This document shows positions 46,724 through 59,099 of a stretch of 64,000 nucleotides of DNA, piece by piece. Position numbers and translations under genes: made by a program. The stretch covers positions 744,001 to 808,000 of the forward strand of contig CDRNVI010000040.1 of assembly GCA_977017575.1 (NCBI GenBank). The letters are read 5' to 3'. A model generated the notes under the pieces. It was not told the origin of the DNA. It did not search any database and saw only the letters and a program-made list of their open reading frames with translations. Within the stretch, counting starts at the first letter, position 1. Every line of letters begins with the position of its first letter. Origin of the DNA: Paramoeba atlantica. Taxonomy: Eukaryota; Protista; Discosea.

Positions 46724-48350
46724 GGGGTGCTCCTTTTACAAATGCAGAAAATGCTTCAGGGTGTTCACACTCTGATGTTACTGAAATTCTACAACTTGGA
46801 CAAGATCGCCCCACATGGCGGAAGAAACTTGAAAAACTACAGGTGGAGCTGGAACCACGGCCTTCTTACACAAAGTCTTGTTCTCCTGCTTGGGAAAAAT
46901 GTATTAAAAATATATTGGAGAACAAGGACTATCAAACTCTACAGTACGTGGAAGAAAGTAGCACCCCTTTTCCCATAAGCGACTCGGAAACACACTTATA
47001 TACGGATGCCGGGTAACCAGCTCCCTTACCCGGCTTACACCTCTTGGGTGGGCCGTGTTGACGTACAATTCGTCGACGCAGCGTGTTGGCAACAGCACGT
47101 TGGTGCGGTCTTGGACAAGCGGAAACTGGTAGAGGACGTCGGCCTCTGAACTTCCAAATCTGTCTGTGAAGGGTCTGGCTTGCCAGTGACCATCCGGCAC
47201 AATCCGGAATGATTTGGATTTTTTTTGGATTTGGATATACGGATGGGTCGCTCATTCCTGGTACAAAGAAACAACTCCAAGGATGCGGCATAGTAATAAT
47301 ACGAAACAACGAACGTACATTATTCTACGGGACAAGACCTCCGGAAAAATTCTGTGATTCCATACAATCTATAGAGGCATATGCTGTTGTCGAGGCAATT
47401 TCTCTGGCTAGCAACTACGAGGGAGATGTAATACTTCACACGGATTCAGAGTACATATGGGATTTCTTCCACGAAACTGTGCATCGGTACCGGCTCATTG
47501 GGTTCCACTCATTCAAAGGGGGCGAAGCAATGCGATCCCTTCAAAACGCTTACTACAGTACAAAACATACTAAAAAATTCTACTGTATCAAGGTCAAATC
47601 ACACAATGAAAATATGTACAACGATACCGCAGATTATTTAGCCAAAAAGGCGTGCAAGCTGGAAGGAAATGAACTAGCTATAAAATACTACGGGGATATA
47701 TTGCACGGCAATGCAAAGAGGAAATCAGAGCAAAATAATACCTCAAGATTTCTTAAAACTCAGAGGACTAGAAAAGGCACAAACCAAAGAGCAGTACCTG
47801 TATCTACGGGGCCCCCTTTGTCGGAAAACTCAAAAGATTCACGTTCAACGAAACAACCCAAACAGAGCATTCGAATAAATGAAAAGAGGACGAAATCTCC
47901 CATACGCAAAGCTTCTTTACATAAGAAGACAAAGGGTATCAACTTAATTTCCAGCCCCCCACAGATAACCAATTCGAACGTAAGCATTGAGGTGAAACGA
48001 AATAAACCGAAAATGAAGCGTCTAAAAGGTACAAGTTTGGACTTATCATCATCCCAGACAAAGAGTGAACTAGAAAATGAAAAGGAGTCACAAAAGCGAG
48101 TGAAAAGGACATCAAAGAAAAAACCTTGTTTTACAGCTAAAGGGAAAGACAAGAGTATAATTGATGTAAAAAAGCATGGAAATAAGCGGGAGAATTAGCC
48201 TTACATTAACTTTCCGATTTGAGAGATGCTATTGGAGCCTATGCTTCTGTTATATTTAAGTTAATTACCATCAGATTTGGTGAATTAAAGAATTACGTTC
48301 GCTGACGTGATTGCGACGGTGAGTTGTCTTATAGTGTTCAAAAGCTAAGT
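46724..48350 (+). mobile_element. LINE 3' part (RNase H and a long K/R/S-rich tail), related to L-f
   Basis: LEPRPSYTK...THLYTD|SINE|YTDGS...HTDSEYIW...KVKSHNENMYNDTAD. Confidence 0.85.
47009..47234 (+). mobile_element. SINE-B, 5'-truncated, inserted in the RNase H YTD motif
   Basis: 11-bp TSD atatacggatg at 46998-47008 and 47235-47245. Confidence 0.88.
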
Positions 48351-48519
48351 ACTAATGGTTCATAGAGATCGATTGATTAGGAGGCTTGAAATTGAAAGTC
48401 TGTTTGTTTTTGAAAAATTTTCTGTAAGTGTGTTCTGTGTTGATGTTTTGAAAGTGGAAATATTTAGGGGAAATTTTTGAATCCTTTAACTGGGCTAACA
48501 TCTCAGTGTTGGTTGGTTG

Positions 48520-48987
48520 TTGTTCCCATAATGGGAACACATAATGAGAAGGCTGATGCGCTGGCCATTTCAGGAACACGCAAGACTCTTCATACCTCAG
48601 AACCAAAGAGGAGAAAAAAGACGCCAGGTGTAGTGCCAGCTCGAACTCTGAGCTCACAAAAAGTGCAAACATCGATTTTGTCTGTGAGACTAAAACGTTG
48701 TCTGTGGCTAAGCGATGTGCGGTTGAGGATGGTACACCGCCTCTCAAGGTAGGTAGCGTGTACGTTCCGTGGAACTCTCTTCGGAAGAGAATGAGTACTT
48801 AGGTTCCAGTAATACTCATAAAGTCAAAAAGAAGCAGCATAAAGGGACCAAAAAAGAACTTGAACAGGTAATGGAAGAATCTGGGGGGGATGAAACTACT
48901 AAGGATCCAAAGTTGTTACAACGTAAGAAAAGGTTGTTTTCTAAACTGGTTTTAATAACCAGTGTTTTAGGATAGGATTTAGGATAG
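48520..48987 (+). mobile_element. 5'-truncated copy of the L-g family ending in ggatag/ggattt repeats
   Basis: Reverse complement of 36095-36183 joined to 37061-37860, without the insertions. Confidence 0.85.
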
Positions 48988-49565
48988 TGCAGCTGCAGTG
49001 GCACGTGAAAGAGTAAGGGACTACAGTGTAGCTGCAGTGGCACGTGAGAGAGTAAGTGTACTGCCATGTGAGGCAGTGAACGCAGTATAGATGCAGTGGC
49101 GCGTGAGAGAGTAAGAGCAGTGCCACGTGAGGCAGTGGTTGCACACTGATGCAGTGCAGCTGCAGTGGGACTTAGTAAGTGTATTGCCATGTGAGGCAGT
49201 GAACGCAGTGTAGGTGCAGTGGCACGTGCAAGAGTAAGTGCACTGCCACTTGAGTTGGAGCGTGAATGCTGTTGGGCTGCGCATGAAACACCCACAGTGT
49301 ACACCCGCAGTGTAGATGTCTACACCCGCAGTGTAGGTGCAGTGGCACGTGCAAGAGTAAGTGCACTGCCACTTGAGTTGGAGCGTGAATGCTGTTGGGC
49401 TGCACATGAAACACCCACATGAGAGACCGAAAGTTCTCGGTTCGCCACGAGTGGCTACACCGGTGTTCCATTTAGAGAGCGTTGTGGAATCGCCATGTTG
49501 TGGAAGGGTGGCCATGTTGTGGAATCGCCATGTTGCTGGCCATGTTGCGGAAGGGTGGTCAGCTG
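48988..49565 (-). repeat. R2 satellite fragments, including a ~120-bp tandem duplication
   Basis: cacgtg-rich units and 27-bp-like units in reverse orientation. Confidence 0.8.
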
Positions 49566-49576
49566 GTTTATAGAAA

Positions 49577-49720
49577 CCCAGATTGAAAGGGGCGAGGGAG
49601 ATGCCAAGCAACAGCGTGGAAGATTCCCACTGAAAAGAAATGGTATCTCCCTGCACGAAGTTTGTCTCCGAGCTAGCCCGCGCAAAGGCTTTACTCGTGC
49701 GGAGTAAAGTAACTCGGGGG
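49577..49720. mobile_element. MITE M2, partial
   Basis: Left TIR and spacer match 17441-17570. Confidence 0.8.
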
Positions 49721-49884
49721 GGATACCTCTGAGACCCAAACCTGATGGAAAGTACGTTTAAACTGTGCTAAAGGTTGCAATAAAAGGGGCAGCGTATCAT
49801 TCTGTTCCTGAAAAGCCAGTTATCTTAGCAGGGAACACAGCAGTATCTCCCTCGCCCATTTCGATCTGGTTTATTAGAAGAGGG

Positions 49885-50027
49885 TTAGCTACGGTTGGGT
49901 AGCCGTGCTCGGGCCGCAAGGCGTCGAGTGCCGTCTTGGAGGGGGGTAGCAACATGACGAAGGTCGGCGACCTGAGACTCTACCCTAACGGTTGGCGCTT
50001 CAGAGCCCTCCGTATCTTCTTCTTCTT
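49885..50027 (+). mobile_element. SINE-A 3' fragment
   Basis: gctacggttgggtagccgtgctc...gccctccgtatcttcttcttctt. Confidence 0.85.
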
Positions 50028-50290
50028 GTGACGAATCATCGTCCTTGATTTGTAGATCTGTGATCTGACTCACTTGAGATGTTTGCCAGGAAATTCATTA
50101 CACGGTTGATACTGATCCATGGGAAAAAACCCAGAGACACCTTCACTCTTGCATCCTAATGAATTTATTCCGGGCCCATCTCAAGAGCAACCAGGAAGAA
50201 GATAGGAAACCCAGAATATTGAAAACGCTGGCGTTAGCCGCGCTGAGCCCAACTCATTGTCCCAAGGAAAGTCTGCCGCGCTCCGAAAGT

Positions 50291-51542
50291 AACCAACCAA
50301 CCAACGAACCATCACTGGGATAATAAATTAATATGTCCCAGTTGAAAGCTTCACAATTTTCTCCTACCCATAAATCACTTTGGCGGTGTCCACAAAACTA
50401 ACATATTCACCAGAAGCTTTTCAAAAACATCTTGCAACAACTTCCATGTATCCTAATCATTCGAGGTGGACGGCGTTCCAGTACTTAGTCAAAGAATTGT
50501 GATATGAAATCGACTTTTCATTTTCAGCACAAACGGTTTACCTAATAAAACATTTTCACGCGAAACAACAGCATACCACCTTATCACACTATCCCTCACC
50601 TGTTCAGAAAATGCGATCAAGGGGGGTATGAGGGGGGTACCATTTCTTTGGTGTTCGTAATACGTTCTTAGTTCGCGATCTATCGTCTTTCCCCTGACGC
50701 TTTTCTGTCTTTTTGACGCAGTTCTCTCTTTTACTGGGTGTTTTTTGACGTGACCCCTTTGTTTCCAGACTTTCATAGCTTGGCTCATCATTCTCCTGGT
50801 ATAACTGATTACTCCTCTTTCTTTGCGGAGCTCTAAATTTAACCCGATCACTAATAACAATACGTGCTACGTGAGGCAACTGTTGATTTGACTCAATGTA
50901 TTTTAGCCTTTTTGTGTTGTTGGACTGTACGCGTTCTTGTGATCTTGTGCGTTTCGTTTCCGTTTCTATCTCTGTATGTTTGCCTTTGCTAACTGTCCTA
51001 CTTTTTGGCAATATTTTTACGTGCTCACCATGGGTGCATATTTGGCTAGAGGTTACCGATTTAAGTTTGCGCTGCATTTTGCTGCCATTAGAATCACCAT
51101 TGGTATGGTTTTTGCGCTTGTCTTCTGCATGAGGAATCTCGCCGTAGAATCTCAAGGCCTTTTATCCCTTGCTTATTTTACTTGCTTGTTTAGCCACCCA
51201 GTCTGCCATATAATTATGTGGATTTTCGTTATGCGCTTTAACTTTTACGCAGTAGAAGCGCTTTGTCCCTCTTAGCGAAATATATGTTTCTTGCAATTTC
51301 TGAAGTATAGCGCCTCCCTCAAACGATTTAAATCCTATGAATCTGAACCTATGGATAGCTCCATGAAAGAAATCCCAAACATACTCAGAGTCCGTGTGCA
51401 AAATGACATCTCCATCGTAGGACAATGCGATGAGAAGAGCCTCGTGCGCGGCAAAGGATTCTATTTCTTGAATAGATTGAGAGAATTCATGAGGAGGTTT
51501 TAACCCAAGAGATATAGAGGGCTCGCGGCGGCGTAGGCAGAC
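50291..51542 (-). mobile_element. Young 5'-truncated copy of L-f
   Basis: Nearly identical to 30981-32232. 11-bp TSD gctccgaaagt at 50280-50290 and 51552-51562. Confidence 0.93.
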
Positions 51543-51916
51543 GAACCACGGGCTCCGAAAGTGCCCGGCCCAGGGATGTTCATGGCGCAGTCCGTCGCAT
51601 GCCAGATCCTGGCAAGCCTTCTATAACCATGTCGCCTGCACGGTAACAGCATCCCTAATGAATGGTGGTACAGAGAAGGGCGTTTTCTATGCACCTGCAT
51701 GCGGGCGCCACTACGACAACCACAAACGATCATCGCACACACACAGCTCCAAAGGAACGAAAACCGTCGCGGTCCTTTCTCCCGAACTTCTTACTCCAAC
51801 CAACGAAGTGAGCACCGCACCAATACCAGAGAACACCAACTTTGAGCTCCCACCTCTTCCTTCTGTCTGCTCTCTTCAGCTGAGTACGTGCAAAGTCGTG
51901 CCTTACGGGTGGCCGC

Positions 51917-52165
51917 CCGCACATTTATAATGCATACTAAGCGGCACATTTATAATGCATATAGCACATTCAGATGCATATTAGCACATTCACATGCATA
52001 TGGCACATTCAGGTGCATATAGCACATACAAATGCATATTTACTGCACATTGATAATGCATACTAAGCGGCACATTCACATGCATAACAGCACATTCACA
52101 TGCATAACAGCACATTCAAATGCATATAGCACATTCGCATGCATATAGCATATTCACATGCATAT
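51917..52165. repeat. gcacatt...atgcat degenerate tandem array
   Basis: Same unit family as 30117-30215. Confidence 0.85.
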
Positions 52166-52489
52166 TTCTCAATTTTAGTGTAGATATTATTGGCTCATTG
52201 GCCCGGCCGACCCATCCGTGCGTCCGGCCTCTCATTTCCCCCAAAACAACTACCGCCTTCCCCCTATTTATCAGGGGTCGCTCGCGCGACGCAGATCCTC
52301 TGCCGGCACTATGGGCTTACGCCCAGAGCACCTACAGGGCCCAGAGCACCTACAGGCACCTACAGAGCACCTACAGGCAGCACTGCTCGTACACGGAAGT
52401 GACTTTCTCCGATCCCTCACAAAGCTAAAATCGCCTCCTAGCTGGGAACACCCAGAGCTGGGTACTTCAGAGCACCCTCTGAAGTACAG

Positions 52490-52710
52490 GCGCACTTTGC
52501 AGGGGCGCGTTTATGCGCCCTATCAGAGGGCGAAAATGATGTTCGTCCGATCGCTGCCGGTGAAACCCTTCGGCGATTAGCGAGCAAAGCCGTATGCAAC
52601 GCAATCCGACCCAAAGCGAGCGAGCTCTTTGAAGGCAAGCAGTACGGAGTGGCAGCGCCATCCGGGGCCGAAAGAGTCATTCACATGTGTCGCCTGGCCA
52701 TGTCGTCAGG
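52490..52710 (+). pseudogene. CRE-clade RT fragment
   Basis: VRPIAAGETLRRLASKAVC...QYGVAAPSGAERVIH. Confidence 0.85.
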
Positions 52711-52899
52711 AAACTCGCCCATAGCTCCCGACCACGGATTTGAGCTCCCGACCACGTTCTTCGGAAAATCTCGGATTGGGGTAAAGGAACGACGTGTGCA
52801 GTACGGTGGTGTTTTCGAAACTCTCAGAATCGAATCTACGAATCGATTGGTGAAGTTGTTTCCAGAAAACTGCGAAAGAAAGCGTTGAACATCAAAATT

Positions 52900-55800
52900 T
52901 CGTACCATCCAGCCCCTGACGAAGCCGGGCCCTCTGGAAATCTTTATCTTCCCCAGTCGACGAAAATCAAGGTTTTCGGCATCCGAGCAACTCATCTAAG
53001 CCGTGTTCCAGATTGTGAAGTTTCAACGACGATATGCGCGTCAGAAGATGCGGACGACACAGATCACGGGTGTGACCTAGAGCCTTTGCCTTCTTTCTCC
53101 CAGATCGATCCGACGTTTTCTGTGCATGTGGTAGCTATTTTCCGTTCGATTATAAGAGACTATCCGAGACTTAAACTATCCTCAGAAAAAGATAAATTAT
53201 GGCAAAAATTCCTCAACGCCCCACGAGACTCACTAGTAAGCGTGCGGAAAGCTATCCAAAGACGGGACAGCATCCCGCATAGCCATAAGAGCGCCAATGC
53301 CAAGGAAAATTTATTTTTATCCAAAGAGGAGGTAAAGGAGCTCGAAGTTGACCGCCGCTCAATACGCAACTCAATACGCAACTCAATACTCTCCATGCAG
53401 CTCGTGCAGGAAATTTAAGTAAAGCAACCAGAGTCCTGGACAACGTTTCTGTAGACTCCCAACTCAGTGTGGACGAAAAAGTGCGAAAATTGAAAGACCT
53501 TCATCCCACAGGTGATCCACCACCTGCGTCATCAGTAGAATACCCACGGGCTGGCGTAATCGAGATGGGCGAGGTTCGCTCAGCGGTAAACAAACTCGCG
53601 CATGGAGAACCCCAGGCCCAACGGGATTGAGCGAAAACATCCTCCGCTTACTGGCTGATGACGTGGAATGTTGTTCAGGTTTGTGCCACATGATTAGAGA
53701 TGTCATCAACGGAGAAATAAGCACATCAGTTCGCAACCGTCTGACACGTTGTAGAATCATCGCCTTAGAAAAGCCGAATAACGGGGTAAGACCGATAGCG
53801 ATGGGTGACACAATGCTCAAAATATCTTATCTTATCTTATATGACTGATAAATCGGTTGAAACACTGAATATATTCATACTCTCATAAAACACTCAAATT
53901 GAAAGAGAAGACGCATTTGACCTTACTTATCAGTTATCGCTCTACTATTCTACACCATCTTTTGCGTCCTCAGAGCATTCCTGCTCAGGTGACGGGCATA
54001 TTTTCCTTCGATCTACTTTGCGAGACGAACTTCGTCGCTAGTTTCTATTTTCTTCCGTCTGCTACTCCGCGATACTTCCTCGGTCCGCTCGGGTTTCGTA
54101 GGTCTGGCGTTGTTAGCTTTCGCTTGTTCGTTTGAAAGCTCAAAATAAGTGGCTCAATCCTGCTGCAACGTCATGAAGACTCGTTGAAAAGGTTCTTCCA
54201 CCCTATGCAACGTGGTGTCTTAGAAAAAAATGCATGTGAAGGAATCGTTCACGAGCTTCTTGATGACTACAGCAACGGGCACACTATTCTTTCGGTAGAT
54301 TACACCAACGCATATAACACTGCACAGCTCTCAGCAATTGCTCAATCCCTGCAGGCGCACAAAGTTTTCAAGCCGTTTATGCGCATGTTTTATTGCGAAT
54401 ACGGAAATCCCTCGGACCATGGGTGACGTTACATTGTCCTCAAAAAATCGCATCTCACTGGAAGCCGCGTTCTTACATCTCAGAGAGCTATCCACTGACC
54501 TTGGCCTGCACATAAATTATTCAAAATCAGAATGGTTCAACGCTGAGAGCAGTAAGAATCGGAACAGCCATCCTGATGCTCTTCGCTCCCTAGGCGTCAC
54601 GCATTCTGACAAGACAATCAAAATCCTTGGAGCCCACATCGGGGATCACCAAGAGGTCAGCTCACTTCTGGTCAAAAAACTAAAGAAGCCCCAATGCCTG
54701 TTCCGTAGGCTTCGTCGAATGGGGCCCAGCAACATTTCACTGGCTGTACTGCAACGCTGTGCGCTCCCACGTCATGATTATCACCTGAGTGTACACCGTC
54801 CAGAAGACTCGCTTCTTATGGCCCAAAAATTTGATGAACAAGTTAATGATATTGTGTCGCACTGGTTCTTTGCTGATCCTATCTCTGATCAATCCTATTT
54901 GCTGATCAAGCTATCGTCACTCCCACAACACCTAGGAGGACTTGGTTTGACACCGTCAACATTAAGACATCGTTTCTTTTTCGACACCGCGCGCAAATCG
55001 ATTGATGAGCGAACACTATCCAATAAAGCTCCGGTAGTTTTGCGCAAATCGAAAGGAGGCATTCCCGATGATAATGGAAGCTCAAGCCGCACAGCCAAGC
55101 ATCAGACAGCCAGAATTCAAGCACCAAAAGCTATGAAGACAGAACAAAAACTATTAGCCACCGAGTTACGTAAGGATAGCAGAATAGACTCCATACTAAA
55201 ACGCAGAACGACTGCCTTTCGACATCTTCCTTCAACTAGCGGATACGTTAATCCTTACCTTTTCAGATACGCTATCATGTTTAGATTAGGCATCAAACCG
55301 CCTTCGTTGCCGGATCAAGTGAGTTGCCCTGGATGCGCTGCTCAGATAAAATCAGAGGAAATCCTTCACCACATTGTGGGTTGTACAAAGTGTTCTGGAA
55401 TGAACGCTACACGAAAACACTCATCTCTAGTGCGCTTTCTAGCCGAACTTTGCTCAAAAGCAGGCCTCCAGTCCGTCATAGAACCTCGCACTTATTCATC
55501 CTTCTATCAAGTGCAAGGCACACGTCTCCGCTGATGCGATTGATAACCATCCGTGCCGCGCACGAAGAATAAGGTCAGGCCCCGACCTCGGAATTATGTG
55601 GCCCCATACGGGTGAAGTACTTTACGACCTCACAGTTGTCCGCACCGGTAGCCCGAGCTATCGAAAAATGACAGAAGCTCAGCTCCTGCAAAATGCTATT
55701 GAGAGAAAGCAGAAGAAATACGTTGAGAAGAGGGGATTGATGAAGACTTTTTTCGCTGCATCTCCATGACAGAAGGCGGTTTCTTACACAGCCATACGAA

Positions 55801-56040
55801 AAATCTCCTTTCCTGTCTAGCAAAGAAAGCCGAACTTTAAGTCCCTGAAGTACTAGAAGCTTTTCAACTTGAGATTGAAAAGCTTAATGCATATACAATA
55901 GTTGCGCAACTGCGCGACTATCTACCCTGAGCATCGTGGCTGGGTTCACTGCAATCGTAAAGAATCCGTAAAGATTACGAATTGGTTACGAATTTTCATT
56001 AACTGAAAGAAGAAATGATATTTTATTTTATTATATTAAA
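52900..56040 (+). mobile_element. CRE-clade RLE non-LTR retrotransposon, decayed
   Basis: RAGNLSKA...LKDLHP, VRPIAMGD, VDYTNAYN, GLHINYSK, LGGLGL, CPGC...HIVGC...RKH, RPDL...YDLTV...KQKKY. The RT core is deleted (MGDV in place of YxDD). Boundaries are approximate. Confidence 0.88.
53845..54172. other. 328-bp unclassified insertion in the CRE RT
   Basis: Flanked by atga on both sides. Its removal restores ILYEDSLKRFF. Confidence 0.7.
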
Positions 56041-56149
56041 GTTTAAACGTACGCGTCTGGCATACTCCAAATTCCATTGTCAAGGTACTATTGGATCATA
56101 AAGTTCTTCAGAAAACACTAACATTAAATAATTGGTGCACAAAACAATC

Positions 56150-57560
56150 AAGAAGGTCAAAAAAGAATTGTACAATGGAAATTTTGAACAAACGTTAGGG
56201 ATGCAGGACGTCAATACCTAGTCTCAAAAGAGGCAATCATCTGTCCTCTGTACAGGTCAGCACAATCTCAAGCACAGCTACTGAAGCGCCATGGGGGATT
56301 AGGTCTGAGATCCGAAGCTCTCCACGCTTCCGCGGCTTACGTTGCATCCGTCGCCTTTGCCTCTGACAAAGATTCCTGGGATCCCGAAGACGCTGAAGGT
56401 TTCTCGGAGGCCGTCCTCGACATCAATCAGACGGCCGGCACTGCTCTCCTCGATCCCAGAGGTCGTGTTCTCACAACTCCCAACGCCCCATGCGAGAAGG
56501 CCCTGAGCGCGCCGTACTCCTACCGGAAGAGAAGGCACCCTCCGCCAGGGAATGATCCTCCCCCCCCGGACGAGCCTCCGGGACATGTTCTTCGTACGAC
56601 TTCCAGCGCGGCCAACACACCCACGGATGCCTACCTACTCTCGACTCCCCTCTACGGTTCTGAAGAATGCCAGGAAATGTTACCCCCACAGTGGCCCAAA
56701 GGGAAGACCCCGAGCCAGCGGGTAATCAGTTATGCTATTGCAGCCCATGCCTTTTCCCAGGAATATGAGACAACTGACGCACGAACCAGTGCAAGGTGGA
56801 TCTCCCAGTGTGGCACGGGAGCGAGCAGCTGGGCCTTTGTGACTCCTTTGAAAGACCTTGGGCACGCCTTTACCCCCACACAATTCCGAACTTTGGCCCG
56901 TTGGTGGTTAGGCGTGGACATCCACCATGAAGATAGCACGTTCCCCATGCCGAAATGCTCGCTCCCCCTTGACAGCAGAGGGGATCATGCACTGTCTTGC
57001 AAACATGGCCATGGTATTGTGACCAGGCGCAACGCTGTTACGGACCAGTTCGCGGACGTGTGCAGTCGAGACCGCCTCGCCCCTCAACGAGAAAAGAGTC
57101 TCGGGAACAGGGGCCCAGGTTGGGCCCTCACCAGACCTGGCAACATATACTTGCCCAGCCTTTTTCTTGGAAATCCCATTGTGCTTGACTTCGCGGTCAC
57201 CCATGCTCAGCAATTAAAATATACGGACAAAGTCCGAAACGCTAGCTGGGTTGCCGCGGGGTCATTTGCCGAACATTATTCCTCAATGGGCAAGTGCAAG
57301 CAGCGCCGAGAAGCCATAGAAGCAGGATGCGACTTTACGGCCATGATGGTCGAAAGTTATGGCGCCTAGAGCCCCAGCGCTTCAGCCGTGCTCCGCAAAG
57401 TCGGTGAGAGGTGTTCGCACGCCTCGGGGGGTCTACTTTCGGAAGGTGAGGCAACGAGCCGAATCTCCGCTGAACTAAACACACCTTATGCGCTTTCAAG
57501 CGCGCATGATGGTTGCTCGTTCACCTTCCGAAGACCCCATAGCAACGCTGGAGGAGTAGC
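56150..57560 (+). mobile_element. Second CRE-clade element, C-terminal part (zinc knuckle and RLE)
   Basis: GGLGLRSEALHASAAYVAS, ASSW, WWLG, GDHALSCKHG...RRN, RPGN...LDFAV, MVESYG. Confidence 0.88.
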
Positions 57561-57719
57561 CTCCAGACCCATAGCAACGCTGGAGGAGTAGCCTCCAGAG
57601 CGGCCCGAGGCCGATCGAGCCGACAGTGCCTATCCTCACGCCTCGCTTTCACGAGCAAGGTACCCCAATGTGAGATAGGTACGGGTTCGGAACATTCATC
57701 CGAGTCCGGCGATCAAAAC

Positions 57720-57935
57720 CCAACTTCGTGACCGTGCCGCTGTCGGCACATGCCCGCGCCTGCGCCCTCCCGTATAACAAGGGAAGGGTTCCCAAGCCAG
57801 GCCATGGAGAGGTCTAGAGATCCGGTCCGAAGCGCGCACTGTTGGAAGAAGGAGTGGAGCACGCGCGGATGGATTTTTGGGGGGGAGTGAGGGAAAGAGG
57901 AGGGCAAAGTTTGGAAGGCGCGGATGGTTGATTGG
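57720..57935. repeat. R4 module with the hairpin gtgccg-ctgt-cggcac
   Basis: 57725-57800 is repeated at 58510-58590, and 57860-57935 matches 25420-25520. Confidence 0.65.
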
Positions 57936-58250
57936 GGGTAGTTGGTAGACGGTTAACAACCTGCAGGTTGTTGGTCCGATTCCCGCTATCGACAAAACTC
58001 GCAACCTGGCGGCCTCACTACAAAGGGAAAGCGATCAGGAGTGCCTTCAAGGCCCAAACCCAACTCCGCTCCCCTGGAGGACCGACCCGGAACCTCCGAA
58101 CTGAACCAGGCTCCAGCGCAGCCCCTAAATTGCGAGCTGCTTACGCAAAGAAGGCTTGAGACACTACACGATGCGGGGTTGGACGCCCGTCCTGGTAACT
58201 ACGGTTGGGTAGCCGTGCTCGGGCTGCAAGGCGTCGAGTGCCGTCTGGGA
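57935..58250 (+). mobile_element. SINE-A, truncated at both ends
   Basis: Collinear with 17862-18190. Confidence 0.88.
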
Positions 58251-58329
58251 AGGTGAGAAGGATTGGGCCTGGATTGCTTCCTTCTGATTTTTATTATTAT
58301 TGTTATCAGAATCATAAATAACTTAAGGC

Positions 58330-58715
58330 AGGTTGAATTGCTAGTTTTGGGCTACAACAAGTGAAATTGCTAATTTGATTGCTTGTTTATAAATCATATA
58401 CCGCCCCCCCAATGGACCTACTTGGTTCGTCTACTGGGTCAAAATATAGATGCAATGCCGCATTTTATACTTCTCCCCCCGTATTAATTGCAAAAAAAAA
58501 AAAGTCCTGTTTCGTGACCGTGCCGCTGTCGGCACAAGCCCGCGCCTGCGCCCTCCCATATAACAAGGGAAGGGTTCACAAGTCAGGCCGAGGAGTGGTC
58601 GAAAGACCCGGTCCGGAACGCGCAGATGGATTGGGCATGAATTGCTTCTTTTTATTATTATTGCTATAAACTCCTACTCTTCCCCCCCTATTTATTGCAA
58701 AAAAAAAAAAAAACT
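58330..58715. repeat. R4 modules
   Basis: Match 25090-25290, 42490-42650 and 57725-57800. Confidence 0.65.
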
Positions 58716-58734
58716 TCTTGGGTGAGACGTGTTG

Positions 58735-59020
58735 ACCAAGGCGGCACCAACGTGCTGTTGCCAACACGCTGCGTCGACGAGCTGTACATCAACACGGCTT
58801 ACCCAAGAGGTGTGAGCCGGGTAAGGGGAGCTGGTTGCCTGAGGGGAGGGTCCGGGACGGTCCTCCGAGTACTGGGCCTAGTCGGGTATCAGCCCAGCCT
58901 CTTAGAGTGAGGCCGCCAGGAATATTGAGATGAGCGGTTTTGAACTCGCCGCCTGAGCACCATGTGCTTCAAACTTTGAAATCTTGCCACTCCGCCACCT
59001 CGGCCTACTCCGCCACCTCC
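58735..59020 (-). mobile_element. SINE-B lacking the 3' end, with the 5' end duplicated at an 18-nt period
   Basis: actccgccacctc occurs at 58989 and 59007. Confidence 0.85.
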
Positions 59021-59099
59021 ATTTGTGGCATTGGTGCTAGCTGAGGTTTTATCCCTACCCATCTCCCGGAGAAGTCAGACATACCAGGGCGAGAGAATC

